A DNA stretch of 29,038 bases, taken from NCBI GenBank assembly GCA_033551855.1, contig JAWSUI010000046.1, positions 1 through 29,038 of the forward strand, given 5' to 3'. This document shows, piece by piece, positions 1 through 7,568 of this stretch. This DNA is from Deferrisomatales bacterium (GTDB taxonomy: Bacteria > Desulfobacterota > Deferrisomatia > Deferrisomatales > JACRMM01). The position numbers and the translations under genes are program-made. The notes under the pieces are model-generated. The model was given only the letters and a program-made list of their open reading frames with translations, was not told the DNA's origin and ran no database searches. Position 1 is the first letter of the stretch, and the number at the start of each line of letters is the position of its first letter.

Positions 1-92
1 TCGAGTCGGTGGATGCGGTGCGGGGCTGCACTCCTGGGCTCCCGGACTCCGCCCCCCCGCCTCCCCCACCCGGCCGTTTCCGCGATGGGCCT

Positions 93-1184
93 CTAATCCG
101 GGCGCAGGAGACAGAAGCTCCAGGGCCGGACGTGGAACCACACCTCCGTGCCCTCCTCCATCGGGTACTCCCGGGCGGCCCGGATGTTGAGCCAGGCGTC
201 GAGCCTGAGCCCGCCGACCCGGAGGCGCACCAGGCGGTAGTGACCGAGGTCCGCCCAGCCCTCCACGACCCCCAGGAGAAGGTTCCGCTGGCGCGCGGTG
301 TCCGGCGGGCGGGTGGGGCGCAGCAGGATCACTTCCTCGGGCCGGATTCCGGCGACCACGGGGCTTCCCTCGGCGAATTCCGGGTGCGGCGTGACCTCGA
401 AGGCGATCCCGGTCCCGTCGAGGGTGAGGCGGTGGTACCCCTTCGGGTCCCGGGGGCCGAGCCGGCCCGGGTAGAGGTTCTGGAGCATCAGGAACCGCGC
501 CACCCGGAGGTTGACCGGCCGGTTGTAGAGCTCGCCCGGGCGGCCCCGTTGCTCGATCCGCCCCGCCATCAGGATGGCCATGTGGTCGGCCATCAGGAAC
601 GCCTCTTCGGGGTCGTGGGTCACCTGGATGAGGGTGAGGCCCAGGCGGCGCTGCAGGTCCCGGAACTCCACCTGCAGGCGGCGGCGCAACGCGGCATCCA
701 GGGCCGAAAACGGCTCGTCCATGAAGAGAACCCGGGGCTCGGTCACGAGGGCGCGGGCGAGGGCGACCCGCTGGCGCTCGCCGCCCGAGAGGGTGCGCAC
801 GTCCCGGCGGTCGATCACCGGCCCGAGGTCGAGGAGCTCCGCCCACCGCGCGAGCCGGCGCGCGGCGTCCGCCGGGGGGCGGCCCCGGGCCCGGAGCCCG
901 AAGAGCACGTTGTCCCGCACGGAGAGGTGCGGGAAGAGCGCGAGGTCCTGGGGCACGTAGGCCACCTGCCGCTCCTCGGGGGGCAGCCGGGTGGCATCCC
1001 GGCCGCCGAGGAGCACCCGGCCCGCCTCGGGCCGGCGGATGCCGAGAAGCCCCTCGAGGAGCAGCGTCTTGCCGGCCCCGGAGGGCCCCAGCACGAAGTA
1101 GCTCTCCCCGGGCTCCACGGCGAGGTCGATGTCCTCCAGGAGGAACGAGCCGAAACGGAGGGAGAGGCCCTCGCAGCGGATCAA
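93..1184 (-). CDS. modC: Molybdate/tungstate ABC transporter ATP-binding subunit (ModC/WtpC-like) with C-terminal TOBE-like domain
   Basis: C-terminal part of ORF 93..2798. TTG start at 1184 overlaps the modB stop (TTGA). Walker A GPSGAGKT, signature LSGGERQRVALARAL, Walker B LFMDEP, H-loop VTHD. Confidence 0.9.
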   Translation of the reverse strand: MIRCEGLSLRFGSFLLEDIDLAVEPGESYFVLGPSGAGKTLLLEGLLGIRRPEAGRVLLGGRDATRLPPEERQVAYVPQDLALFPHLSVRDNVLFGLRARGRPPADAARRLARWAELLDLGPVIDRRDVRTLSGGERQRVALARALVTEPRVLFMDEPFSALDAALRRRLQVEFRDLQRRLGLTLIQVTHDPEEAFLMADHMAILMAGRIEQRGRPGELYNRPVNLRVARFLMLQNLYPGRLGPRDPKGYHRLTLDGTGIAFEVTPHPEFAEGSPVVAGIRPEEVILLRPTRPPDTARQRNLLLGVVEGWADLGHYRLVRLRVGGLRLDAWLNIRAAREYPMEEGTEVWFHVRPWSFCLLRPD

Positions 1185-1957
1185 CGGAATCCCCCGAGCA
1201 GACGGACCGCGGCGAGGGCGAGGAGCCCGATGGCGGAGAGGAGGAGCATGAGGGCTACCGCCCCCCCCACGTCCACGGAGGCCAGCCGGAGGTAGATGGC
1301 CACCGGCACGGTCTCGGTCTTCCCCGGCACGGCGCCGGCCAGCGTAACCGTGGCGCCGAACTCCCCCACCGACCGGGCCCAGCCCAGGATGAAGGCGGCC
1401 ACGAGACCCCGGCGGGCCAGGGGCAGGGTGACCCTGCGGAAGGCGCCCCAAGGGGTGCAGCCCAGGAACCGGGCGACCTGCTCGTAGCGGACGTCCACGT
1501 CCTGGTAGGAGGCCTTGAGCACCCGGGTGGCGAGGGCCAGGGCCACGGTGAACTGGGCCAGCACGATGCCGGGCACCTCGAAGACGAAGCGCAGCAGGTG
1601 CTCTTCGACCCACTGGCCGCCGGACGTCCGGAAGAAGAGGAGCCACGAGACGCCGACCGCCACCGGCGAGAGGACCATGGGCAGGTCCAGGAGCACGTCC
1701 ACGACGGCCGCTCCCGGGAATCGGTACCGCGCCAGGCCGTAGGCGGCGGGCACCGCCAGGCAGAGGGCGAGGCAGGTGGCGACCGTCGCGGTCCCGAGGC
1801 TCAGGGCCACCGCCTGGCGCACGTGGGGTTGCCCCAGGGCCGCCAGCGGTTTCCGCAGACCTGCCCAGCCCACCTGAGAGGCGAGGATGAGCCCCACCAC
1901 CAGGAGCGAGGCGAGCACCGCCGCGGCGAGAAGCGCCGGGAAGGCCTTCCGCCCCAA
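1181..1957 (-). CDS. modB: Molybdate/tungstate ABC transporter permease
   Basis: Hydrophobic helices, LDLPMVLSP, EAA-like loop YEQVARFLG, ARSVGEFGAT motif. TTG start with GGAGGTAGGAG upstream. Confidence 0.9.
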   Translation of the reverse strand: MGRKAFPALLAAAVLASLLVVGLILASQVGWAGLRKPLAALGQPHVRQAVALSLGTATVATCLALCLAVPAAYGLARYRFPGAAVVDVLLDLPMVLSPVAVGVSWLLFFRTSGGQWVEEHLLRFVFEVPGIVLAQFTVALALATRVLKASYQDVDVRYEQVARFLGCTPWGAFRRVTLPLARRGLVAAFILGWARSVGEFGATVTLAGAVPGKTETVPVAIYLRLASVDVGGAVALMLLLSAIGLLALAAVRLLGGFR

Positions 1958-1960
1958 CTC

Positions 1961-2812
1961 CTACCTCCAGGAAGCGGGCAGCGGCCACTCGCCCCCGACG
2001 GGGGTGTCCGGGCGGGCCCGCTTCCGAGCCTCGGCCAGATCCGTCAAGTAGCCGTGAGCCCGAAAGATCTTCTGCCCCTCCGCACTGACCAGGTACGCGA
2101 GGAAGGCCCGGGCGAGCTCCGGCTCCCGGGGGAAGGCCGAGACGGCGGCCGGGATGTAGCCGATGCGGGTCACCTCGTCGGGCGGGTAGTAGACCGTCTC
2201 GACGCGGTCCGGGTCCCACTCCTCGAAGACGTCCCACCCGATCACCGCATCCACCAGGCCCATGGAGATCATCTGGGCGGTCTTCTCGCAGGACTCGGCC
2301 TGGTTCACCACGTTCTTGAGGACGGCCTCCGTGAGCCCGCGGGCCTCCAGGGCCTCCACGGCGTAGAGGCCCACGCACACGGTCTCCGGCCGGGCGATCC
2401 CCACACGGAGGCCCGGGCGGGCCAGATCCTCGAGGTCGTGGATCTTCTTGGGGTTTCCCCGCTGCACGTTGATCGCCGGGATGAGGTAGACCACCCGGAC
2501 CTCGGTCGGCGCGTCCACCAGCCCCTTGCGCTTGGCCAGCTCCATGTAGTCCGAGGAGCCGGGGAAGTACACGTCCCCGCGGCGCAGGAGCTCCATCTGG
2601 GAGAGCACCGTCCCCGACCCCCCGAGGTGCAGGAAGACGCGTGCCCCGGTCTCCCCCTCGAAACGCCGGGCGGCGGCCTCCAGGGCCGGCTTCGAGGCCG
2701 AGCCCGCGAAGACCTCGAGGGACCGGCCCGACCACTGCCCGGCCTGGACCGGCGCGCCGAGCGCCAGGGCCGCCAGTACCGCAAGGACCGTGCCACACCC
2801 GCCTTGCCGCAT
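1961..2812 (-). CDS. modA: Molybdate/tungstate ABC transporter periplasmic binding protein
   Basis: Signal peptide (MRQGGCGTVLAVLAALALGAPVQAG), FAGSASKP and GGSG anion-binding motifs, GNPKKIHDLEDL. ATG at 2812 with GGAGGAGG RBS. Confidence 0.88.
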   Translation of the reverse strand: MRQGGCGTVLAVLAALALGAPVQAGQWSGRSLEVFAGSASKPALEAAARRFEGETGARVFLHLGGSGTVLSQMELLRRGDVYFPGSSDYMELAKRKGLVDAPTEVRVVYLIPAINVQRGNPKKIHDLEDLARPGLRVGIARPETVCVGLYAVEALEARGLTEAVLKNVVNQAESCEKTAQMISMGLVDAVIGWDVFEEWDPDRVETVYYPPDEVTRIGYIPAAVSAFPREPELARAFLAYLVSAEGQKIFRAHGYLTDLAEARKRARPDTPVGGEWPLPASWR

Positions 2813-2890
2813 GAGACCTCCTCCTTCATCCCCCTCCGTCGGTGCCGCCCGCACCCCGGCCCTGTCCCTCCCCGCTGCGCACCTCCCCCT

Positions 2891-3721
2891 TCAAGGGGGA
2901 GGCCGGGAGGGGGATGGGTCACCGGAGCCCGAGGCGGCCGCGGGGAGCTCCAGAATCACCCCCCCCGGCGGCACGACGACCGTCACCTCGGAGCCGGCCC
3001 CCAGGGTCAACGCGTCGGCGCTCTCCCGGGGGAGCAGGAGGGACAGCAGGCCGCCCGGGGTCTCGACGTCCACCCGGGCCACGGCCCCGCCGGCCCCGAC
3101 ACCCAGCACCCGGCCCGGCAGGCGGTTCGGTCTCGGCCCGTGCCGGGCCGAGAGGGACGCCGCAGGGGGTGCGCTCGCACCGGAGGGCCGCAGCACCCTC
3201 TCCCGCCACGCGGCGAGCCACCCCAGCCCCGCTTCCACGAAGCCCTCCTGCAGGGCCAGGACCCACGCCCCGATCCCCGGCGAGGCTCCGGCGCGGGCCC
3301 GTAGATGCTCGAGGCGCCGCCGGAGGACCTCGGCCTGGGCGTCCATGAGGTCGGCCTGCCCCGGCAGCCCGAGGCGGTGCAGGAAGTGGAGCTTCAGGAG
3401 GAGCTCCACCCGAAGCCCCCGCACCGAACCCGCCGGCCGCCGCACCCAGGCCGAGAACCGCTCCCGGCCGCGGTCCGTCACCTCGAAGACCCTCCGGGCG
3501 GGGCCCCCCGCCCCCTCCCTCAGGGTCCCGCGGACGAGGCCCTGGGCCTCCAGCGACTTGAGCAGGGCGTAGAGCTGGCTCTTCGCCAAGCGCCCGACCG
3601 CGGCCAGGTCCCCCCCTTCCCCGAAGTGCGCGGCCAGCTCGTAGCCGTGGCAGGGCCCTTCGTGGAGCAGCCCGAGGAGCGTGTGCTCGAAGACCCGTCG
3701 TTCCCTCACCGGCGGTCTCAT
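2891..3721 (-). CDS. PadR-family transcriptional regulator fused to a C-terminal TOBE/Mop (molybdate-binding-type) domain
   Basis: N-terminal LLGLLHEGPCHGYEL...QLYALLKSLEAQGLV...PARRVFEVTDRGR is a PadR wHTH followed by a helical dimerisation region. C-terminal SAR..NRLPGRVLGV..VARVDVETPGG..RESADALTLGAGSEVTVVV resembles Mop/TOBE. Lies directly upstream of modABC. Confidence 0.8.
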   Translation of the reverse strand: MRPPVRERRVFEHTLLGLLHEGPCHGYELAAHFGEGGDLAAVGRLAKSQLYALLKSLEAQGLVRGTLREGAGGPARRVFEVTDRGRERFSAWVRRPAGSVRGLRVELLLKLHFLHRLGLPGQADLMDAQAEVLRRRLEHLRARAGASPGIGAWVLALQEGFVEAGLGWLAAWRERVLRPSGASAPPAASLSARHGPRPNRLPGRVLGVGAGGAVARVDVETPGGLLSLLLPRESADALTLGAGSEVTVVVPPGGVILELPAAASGSGDPSPSRPPP

Positions 3722-3732
3722 CCAGGTTGAAC

Positions 3733-3783
3733 TAGTCTGAATCGGACTACCGGGAGGCTACCGGACCGTTCCCCCTGCCGCAA
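3733..3783 (-). promoter_or_regulatory. Sigma70-like promoter with overlapping palindromic operator for the PadR-TOBE/modABC operon
   Basis: Minus strand TTGCGG (3783-3778), 17-nt spacer, TAGCCT (3760-3755). The inverted repeat TAGTCTGA-A-TCGGACTA (3733-3749, one mismatch) covers the expected transcription start. Confidence 0.6.
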
Positions 3784-3816
3784 GCGGAAATCGGGGGGAG
3801 CGAAACGGATCTCTAC

Positions 3817-3849
3817 GACCGGGGGGGAAGGTCCGGCCTCTCCCCGGTC
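3817..3849 (-). terminator. GC-rich hairpin downstream of the CMD gene (possible terminator or stabiliser)
   Basis: GACCGGGG (3817-3824) pairs with CCCCGGTC (3842-3849). No clear U-tract. Confidence 0.35.
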
Positions 3850-3853
3850 CGGC

Positions 3854-4183
3854 TCACGGCCCCTGGCGGCCCTCCAGGACGTCCGACACCCACGAGAAGG
3901 CGGCGGCCGCCGTGGGGAACCCCACGGTGCTCACCAGGAGGTTGATGACCTGGTAGAGCTCCTCCCGGGTGGCCCCTGCCTCCAGGGCGCGGCGGGCGTG
4001 GGAGTGGGTGGAACCCTCGCTGCGCCGGGCGATGGCCGCCGCGAGTTGGACGAGGTGGGTGGACTTCTCGTCCAGCGGGCCGCTCTCCCGGGCCAGGCGC
4101 GCGGCCTTCTCCAGGGCCTCGAACATCTCCGGGAAGAGGGTTCGGAAGTCGCGGAAGTTCTTGGGGTACGTCGGCGCTGCCAT
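3854..4183 (-). CDS. Carboxymuconolactone decarboxylase (CMD/AhpD-like) family protein without cysteine
   Basis: GPLDEKSTHLVQLAAAIA...HSHARRALEAGATREEL...VGFP. ATG at 4183 with GGAGGTG RBS. Confidence 0.85.
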   Translation of the reverse strand: MAAPTYPKNFRDFRTLFPEMFEALEKAARLARESGPLDEKSTHLVQLAAAIARRSEGSTHSHARRALEAGATREELYQVINLLVSTVGFPTAAAAFSWVSDVLEGRQGP

Positions 4184-4337
4184 GGGGCACCTCCACGTCT
4201 CGGGCCGCGACCTGGCACGGTCGGCTGGGGGGATGGGAAGGTCCCAGTATTCCGAACCCCCCTGGAATCGCAAGGACCCGCGACGCTCTGGGTCCCCCGA
4301 AAAGCGCCAGAGTAACTGACGGCGGATACCGGGCGCT

Positions 4338-5444
4338 TCAGGCTCCGCCGAGGAACTGCTCCTCCAGGAAGTCGCACACCGGGCCCGGGTGGTCCAGGGG
4401 GAAGAGCGGCACGGGCAGCGGCAGGGCCTCGTCGCTCACCACGGCGATCAGGCGGTGATCCAGGAGCCTCCCGTCCCGCGCGGCGCACAGGAGCTCCGGG
4501 CTGCGCGCGGCGCGGTGGAGCTCGATCTTGGGGAGGTTGCCGGTCTTGTACCCCTCGGTCACCACCAGGTCCACCTCGGTCATGAACCGGTAGATGATCT
4601 CGTCCAGGGTCATCTCGCCCCGGGCGTTGGGGTGCACCATGGCGAGCTTCTCCGCCGAGGAGACCACCATGGGGGAGGCGCCGGCCCGGGTGAGCCTCCA
4701 GGAGTCCTTGCCCTCGTGGTCTATCTCGAACCGGTGGGCGTCGTGCTTGATGGTGCCCACCCGGTAGCCCCGGCGGGTGAGCTCGGCGATCGCCTTCTCG
4801 AGGAAGGTGGTCTTGCCCGTGCCCGACTTGGCCACGAAGGAGACCGCGGGGGGGCCGTAGCTGCGAAGCCGCGCCAGGTGGAGCCGGCACTCGTCGAGAT
4901 CCGCGTGGGAGTGGACGTTGCGAAAGGTCAGCCCCGAGGGGTCGAGGGCCGTGAGGTCCTCGCCGTTCACGATCCGGGTGCGCACGTCGGAGATGAAGTC
5001 CAGGACCTTGAGGTTCCCCCGCCGGATCCGCTCCTCCATGGGGGCCACGCACGCCTTCGAGTAGACCGCGCACAGGGGTTCGAAGCCGCCCCGGCTGCGG
5101 GGCACCACCACGTCCCACCCCTGGCGCTGAGCGTAGAGGTGCCGGATCACCCGGGGGTGGAGGAAGGGCATGTCGGCGCCTACCACGAACGCATACCGGC
5201 TCGACACGTGCTTGAGGCCCGTGGTGATGGCCCCCAGGAGCGCCGCCCCGGGGTACTCGTCGTCCACCGCCCGCAGACCGATCGTCGTGAAGGGGGCCGG
5301 GTCCTCGGCGACCACCACGACCTGGTCGAAGAACCCCTCGAGGATCCGATGGGTCCGGTGGATGAGGCTCTCCCCCTGGAGCTCCCAGCTCCAGCGGTCG
5401 TCCCGGCCGTCGGCGATGAGAAGGGCAGTTCGGATGTCTCTCAT
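4338..5444 (-). CDS. mobB: Fused molybdenum cofactor guanylyltransferase-like domain (MobA, degenerate N-terminus) and MobB
   Basis: MobA-like GAITTGL, VVGADMPF, EPLCAVY. MobB has P-loop AKSGTGKTT, IKHDAHRFEIDHEGKDSWR and VTEGYK. ATG at 5444 with GGAGG RBS. Confidence 0.85.
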   Translation of the reverse strand: MRDIRTALLIADGRDDRWSWELQGESLIHRTHRILEGFFDQVVVVAEDPAPFTTIGLRAVDDEYPGAALLGAITTGLKHVSSRYAFVVGADMPFLHPRVIRHLYAQRQGWDVVVPRSRGGFEPLCAVYSKACVAPMEERIRRGNLKVLDFISDVRTRIVNGEDLTALDPSGLTFRNVHSHADLDECRLHLARLRSYGPPAVSFVAKSGTGKTTFLEKAIAELTRRGYRVGTIKHDAHRFEIDHEGKDSWRLTRAGASPMVVSSAEKLAMVHPNARGEMTLDEIIYRFMTEVDLVVTEGYKTGNLPKIELHRAARSPELLCAARDGRLLDHRLIAVVSDEALPLPVPLFPLDHPGPVCDFLEEQFLGGA

Positions 5445-5617
5445 GGGGCCTCCGCGGCTACGCCTTCTGGAAAGCAGGGTCCCGAAAAGGATGCTGTCCC
5501 CTTTTGCGTCAGAACTCTCCGGGCAATTGTCGCGACCCGGGTGAGGCACCTACGCCGGCCCCCCAGGTTCTGAATCGGCCCGGGTCCTCGCAGCACCCTC
5601 TCCCGATAACCCGTGCT

Positions 5618-6421
5618 TCAGGCCAGCAGTTTCAGGATGTTTTCCCGGGTGAGGAATGCCGCCTCCGCCGGGGTCTCGAGAAACGGCCTCACATCCGCGA
5701 CGACCTGCTCCCAGGGGAGTTGGCCGATCCGGTCGCCGATCACCGCGCGCCAGGAACGGGGAGTGAGCACTTCCCCATCCCAGCCCGTCTGGGCCAGCGC
5801 GTTGTTGAGGAGCACGAGATTGGGTTCGGGCCAGGAGGGATCGCTCCGGTACCACAGCAGGTCGTAGAGGTCGCGTCCTTTGGCGTAAGGGCGGCACAGG
5901 ACGGCGTGGAGCTTGCCCGCAAGGAGCGAGGCGCGGTCGTGGTGCTGGAGGTGGAGCAGCACGTGGCGCCGGACCACGGTGGTGGTGAGTCCTGCCCCCT
6001 CGGGAGGGCGCGTGTCCACCTCGAGCTTCACCGCAAGGGCCTCCCCAGGGTGCGCAGACAATCCAAGCTCCCACAGGAGCCCGGGAAAGCGCACGAAGGC
6101 GTTGTGCACGGTCCGGCGGTCGCTCACCTTTGCCCCCGTCTCGTAGCCCTCGGCTCCCAACTCCCTGCGGATCGCGGTCAGGTAGCCCCGAAGATTGTAG
6201 CGCTCGGGCGACCGCTCCAGCGCGAAATCCAGGTCCTCCGAGTACCGCGGCAGCCCGAAGAGAATACGCAGGGCGGTCCCCCCGTGGAACGCCAGGGGGA
6301 TCATGGCCCCCGCGCGCTGCAAGGTGCCCAGGATGCGGGCCTGGAGGTACTCCCGCACGAGGTTTCGGGCCTCCAGAGCGGAGCGAGTGCCTCGGATGCC
6401 GTGGCGCAGGACGTCCTTCAC
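5618..6421 (-). CDS. Type IV TA toxin, AbiEii/AbiGii-family nucleotidyltransferase
   Basis: FHGGTALR...RYSEDLDF, KLHAVLCR...KGRDLYDL. GTG start overlaps the antitoxin stop (GTGA). Confidence 0.9.
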   Translation of the reverse strand: MKDVLRHGIRGTRSALEARNLVREYLQARILGTLQRAGAMIPLAFHGGTALRILFGLPRYSEDLDFALERSPERYNLRGYLTAIRRELGAEGYETGAKVSDRRTVHNAFVRFPGLLWELGLSAHPGEALAVKLEVDTRPPEGAGLTTTVVRRHVLLHLQHHDRASLLAGKLHAVLCRPYAKGRDLYDLLWYRSDPSWPEPNLVLLNNALAQTGWDGEVLTPRSWRAVIGDRIGQLPWEQVVADVRPFLETPAEAAFLTRENILKLLA

Positions 6422-7059
6422 AGTTCTTCGTACTCCTCCGCTTCCCGCTCGGTGAGGCGCTGCAAGACCACTGCGGCCCGGCGGAGCTTGGGGCTGCGGG
6501 CCTCGGCAGCGAAACGGGCTAGGCGGTCGCGATCCAGGCGCTCCAGGTTCTGGAGCCGCAGGCCCTCCAGGAAGCCGGCCTCGTCTCCCCCGGGCGTGAG
6601 GGCGGCGAGGTCGAGGAGCGCTTTTTCCGGGAAGGCCACGAGCGCCACCTGCTCGGCAACCACTTCGATCGGCCGGAACCCAAAAAACAGCCCGAAACGC
6701 AGGTGCCGGAAATCAAACTCGCCCAAGGGGGTCGTGCGCCTCCCCGGCCGGGCGCGGGCCACGCTGGTGACTACCGCCACGTGCTCGGGGATGAGCCCGT
6801 GGTAAGCGAGCGCGGACTGGAGGCTCACGTAGGAGGGGCGGACCAAGGAATTTGCGATCAGGAAGGGATGCGGCTCCACCCGCCGATACGGCCGCGAAAG
6901 GGTGTACACGCTCCGCCGCAGCTGCACGATCTTGCCGGATCGGGTCCACCGGGAGAGCTGCCGGCGGGCATCCGCCGGGTCAAGGTCCCCTGCCAGCAGG
7001 AAGCCGGTCTCGAACAGGGGCTGGTCGGAAACGAGGCGTAAGAGATCAGAAAAAGTCAT
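6418..7059 (-). CDS. Type IV TA antitoxin, AbiEi-family transcriptional regulator
   Basis: QLSRW..GKIVQLRRSVY, PSYVSLQSALAYHGLIPE, AFPEKALLD. Start placed at MTFSDLL (7059), although the ORF extends further upstream. Confidence 0.85.
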   Translation of the reverse strand: MTFSDLLRLVSDQPLFETGFLLAGDLDPADARRQLSRWTRSGKIVQLRRSVYTLSRPYRRVEPHPFLIANSLVRPSYVSLQSALAYHGLIPEHVAVVTSVARARPGRRTTPLGEFDFRHLRFGLFFGFRPIEVVAEQVALVAFPEKALLDLAALTPGGDEAGFLEGLRLQNLERLDRDRLARFAAEARSPKLRRAAVVLQRLTEREAEEYEEL

Positions 7060-7252
7060 GGCACAAAGATGCCATGAGTGGCGAGTTGCTGCAATACAAT
7101 CGCCCGCCTTGATGGACCTGAAAGAACTCCTTCTTGGGGGATCGGACCACCATGTATAGCCGTACATATGTCAAGATAGCACTATATGTTGTGGCTCTCT
7201 TGCCCGCAGGGGAATTCTTTCCGTCACGTCCCCTTTCTCGGACCGCGAAGGG

Positions 7253-7568
7253 TCAGGTGCCGGATTGTCTCCTTTCCATGACATAACCTTTGGGGGTTTC
7301 GAACAACAGGTGTGCGTACTCTCGGTGGACGACACTCGAGGAGGGGATGTAATTCTTCCAAAATCTCCAGTCGTCTCATGATCTCTTCCGCAGTGTCCGG
7401 GCCGGGCGGCCTCCCCTCGCAGTACACCGCGGCCATGATCTCGTTCAGGCCGGTCACCGTCACCTTCGCCCCGTCTTGGAATCTCAATGTACGCCGGCTA
7501 ACTGCCGGCTGCCCGTCCTCGGCTCAAGTCGCTAAGCCGATGGATTGCAGCAGCGACGGGATGTTCAT
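7253..7568 (-). pseudogene. Putative selenoprotein gene (Sec15) with a 1-nt frameshift near 7358-7363; last gene of the ars operon
   Basis: ATG at 7568 overlaps the arsA stop (ATGA) and has a GGAGG RBS. It reads MNIPSLLQSIGLAT-TGA(7526-7524)-AEDGQPAVSRRTLRFQDGAKVTVTGLNEIMAAVY...EEIMRRLEI in frame. A one-base shift then gives KNYIPSSSVVHREYAHLLFETPKGYVMERRQSGT-stop (7253). Confidence 0.6.
7493..7526 (-). promoter_or_regulatory. Candidate bacterial SECIS element
   Basis: UGA, 14 nt, then a GCCGGC-AGUUA-GCCGGC stem-loop (7509-7493) with GU at the 5' side of the apical loop. Confidence 0.55.

Noticed and set aside
93..2798. 901-aa ORF as a single protein
   Set aside because: Only the last 363 codons (ModC, from TTG at 1184) are meaningful. 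The upstream part overlaps modA/modB in another frame.
9..3304. Long plus-strand ORFs (9..1295, 1598..3304), and similar ones at 4389..5573, 7799..9604, 22561..24447 and 26079..27887
   Set aside because: Antisense shadows of well-supported genes in high-GC DNA, with no recognisable motifs.
3817..3856. Hairpin after the TGA of the Cys-less CMD gene as a SECIS
   Set aside because: The CMD domain is already complete, and the read-through sequence is low-complexity with no redox-motif context.
7150..7190. AT-rich short palindromes (ATGTA-N6-TACAT, ATAG-CA-CTAT) and TTGACA upstream of abiEi
   Set aside because: They may be AbiEi operator sites, but the arms are short and no properly spaced -10 was found, so support is too weak to call.
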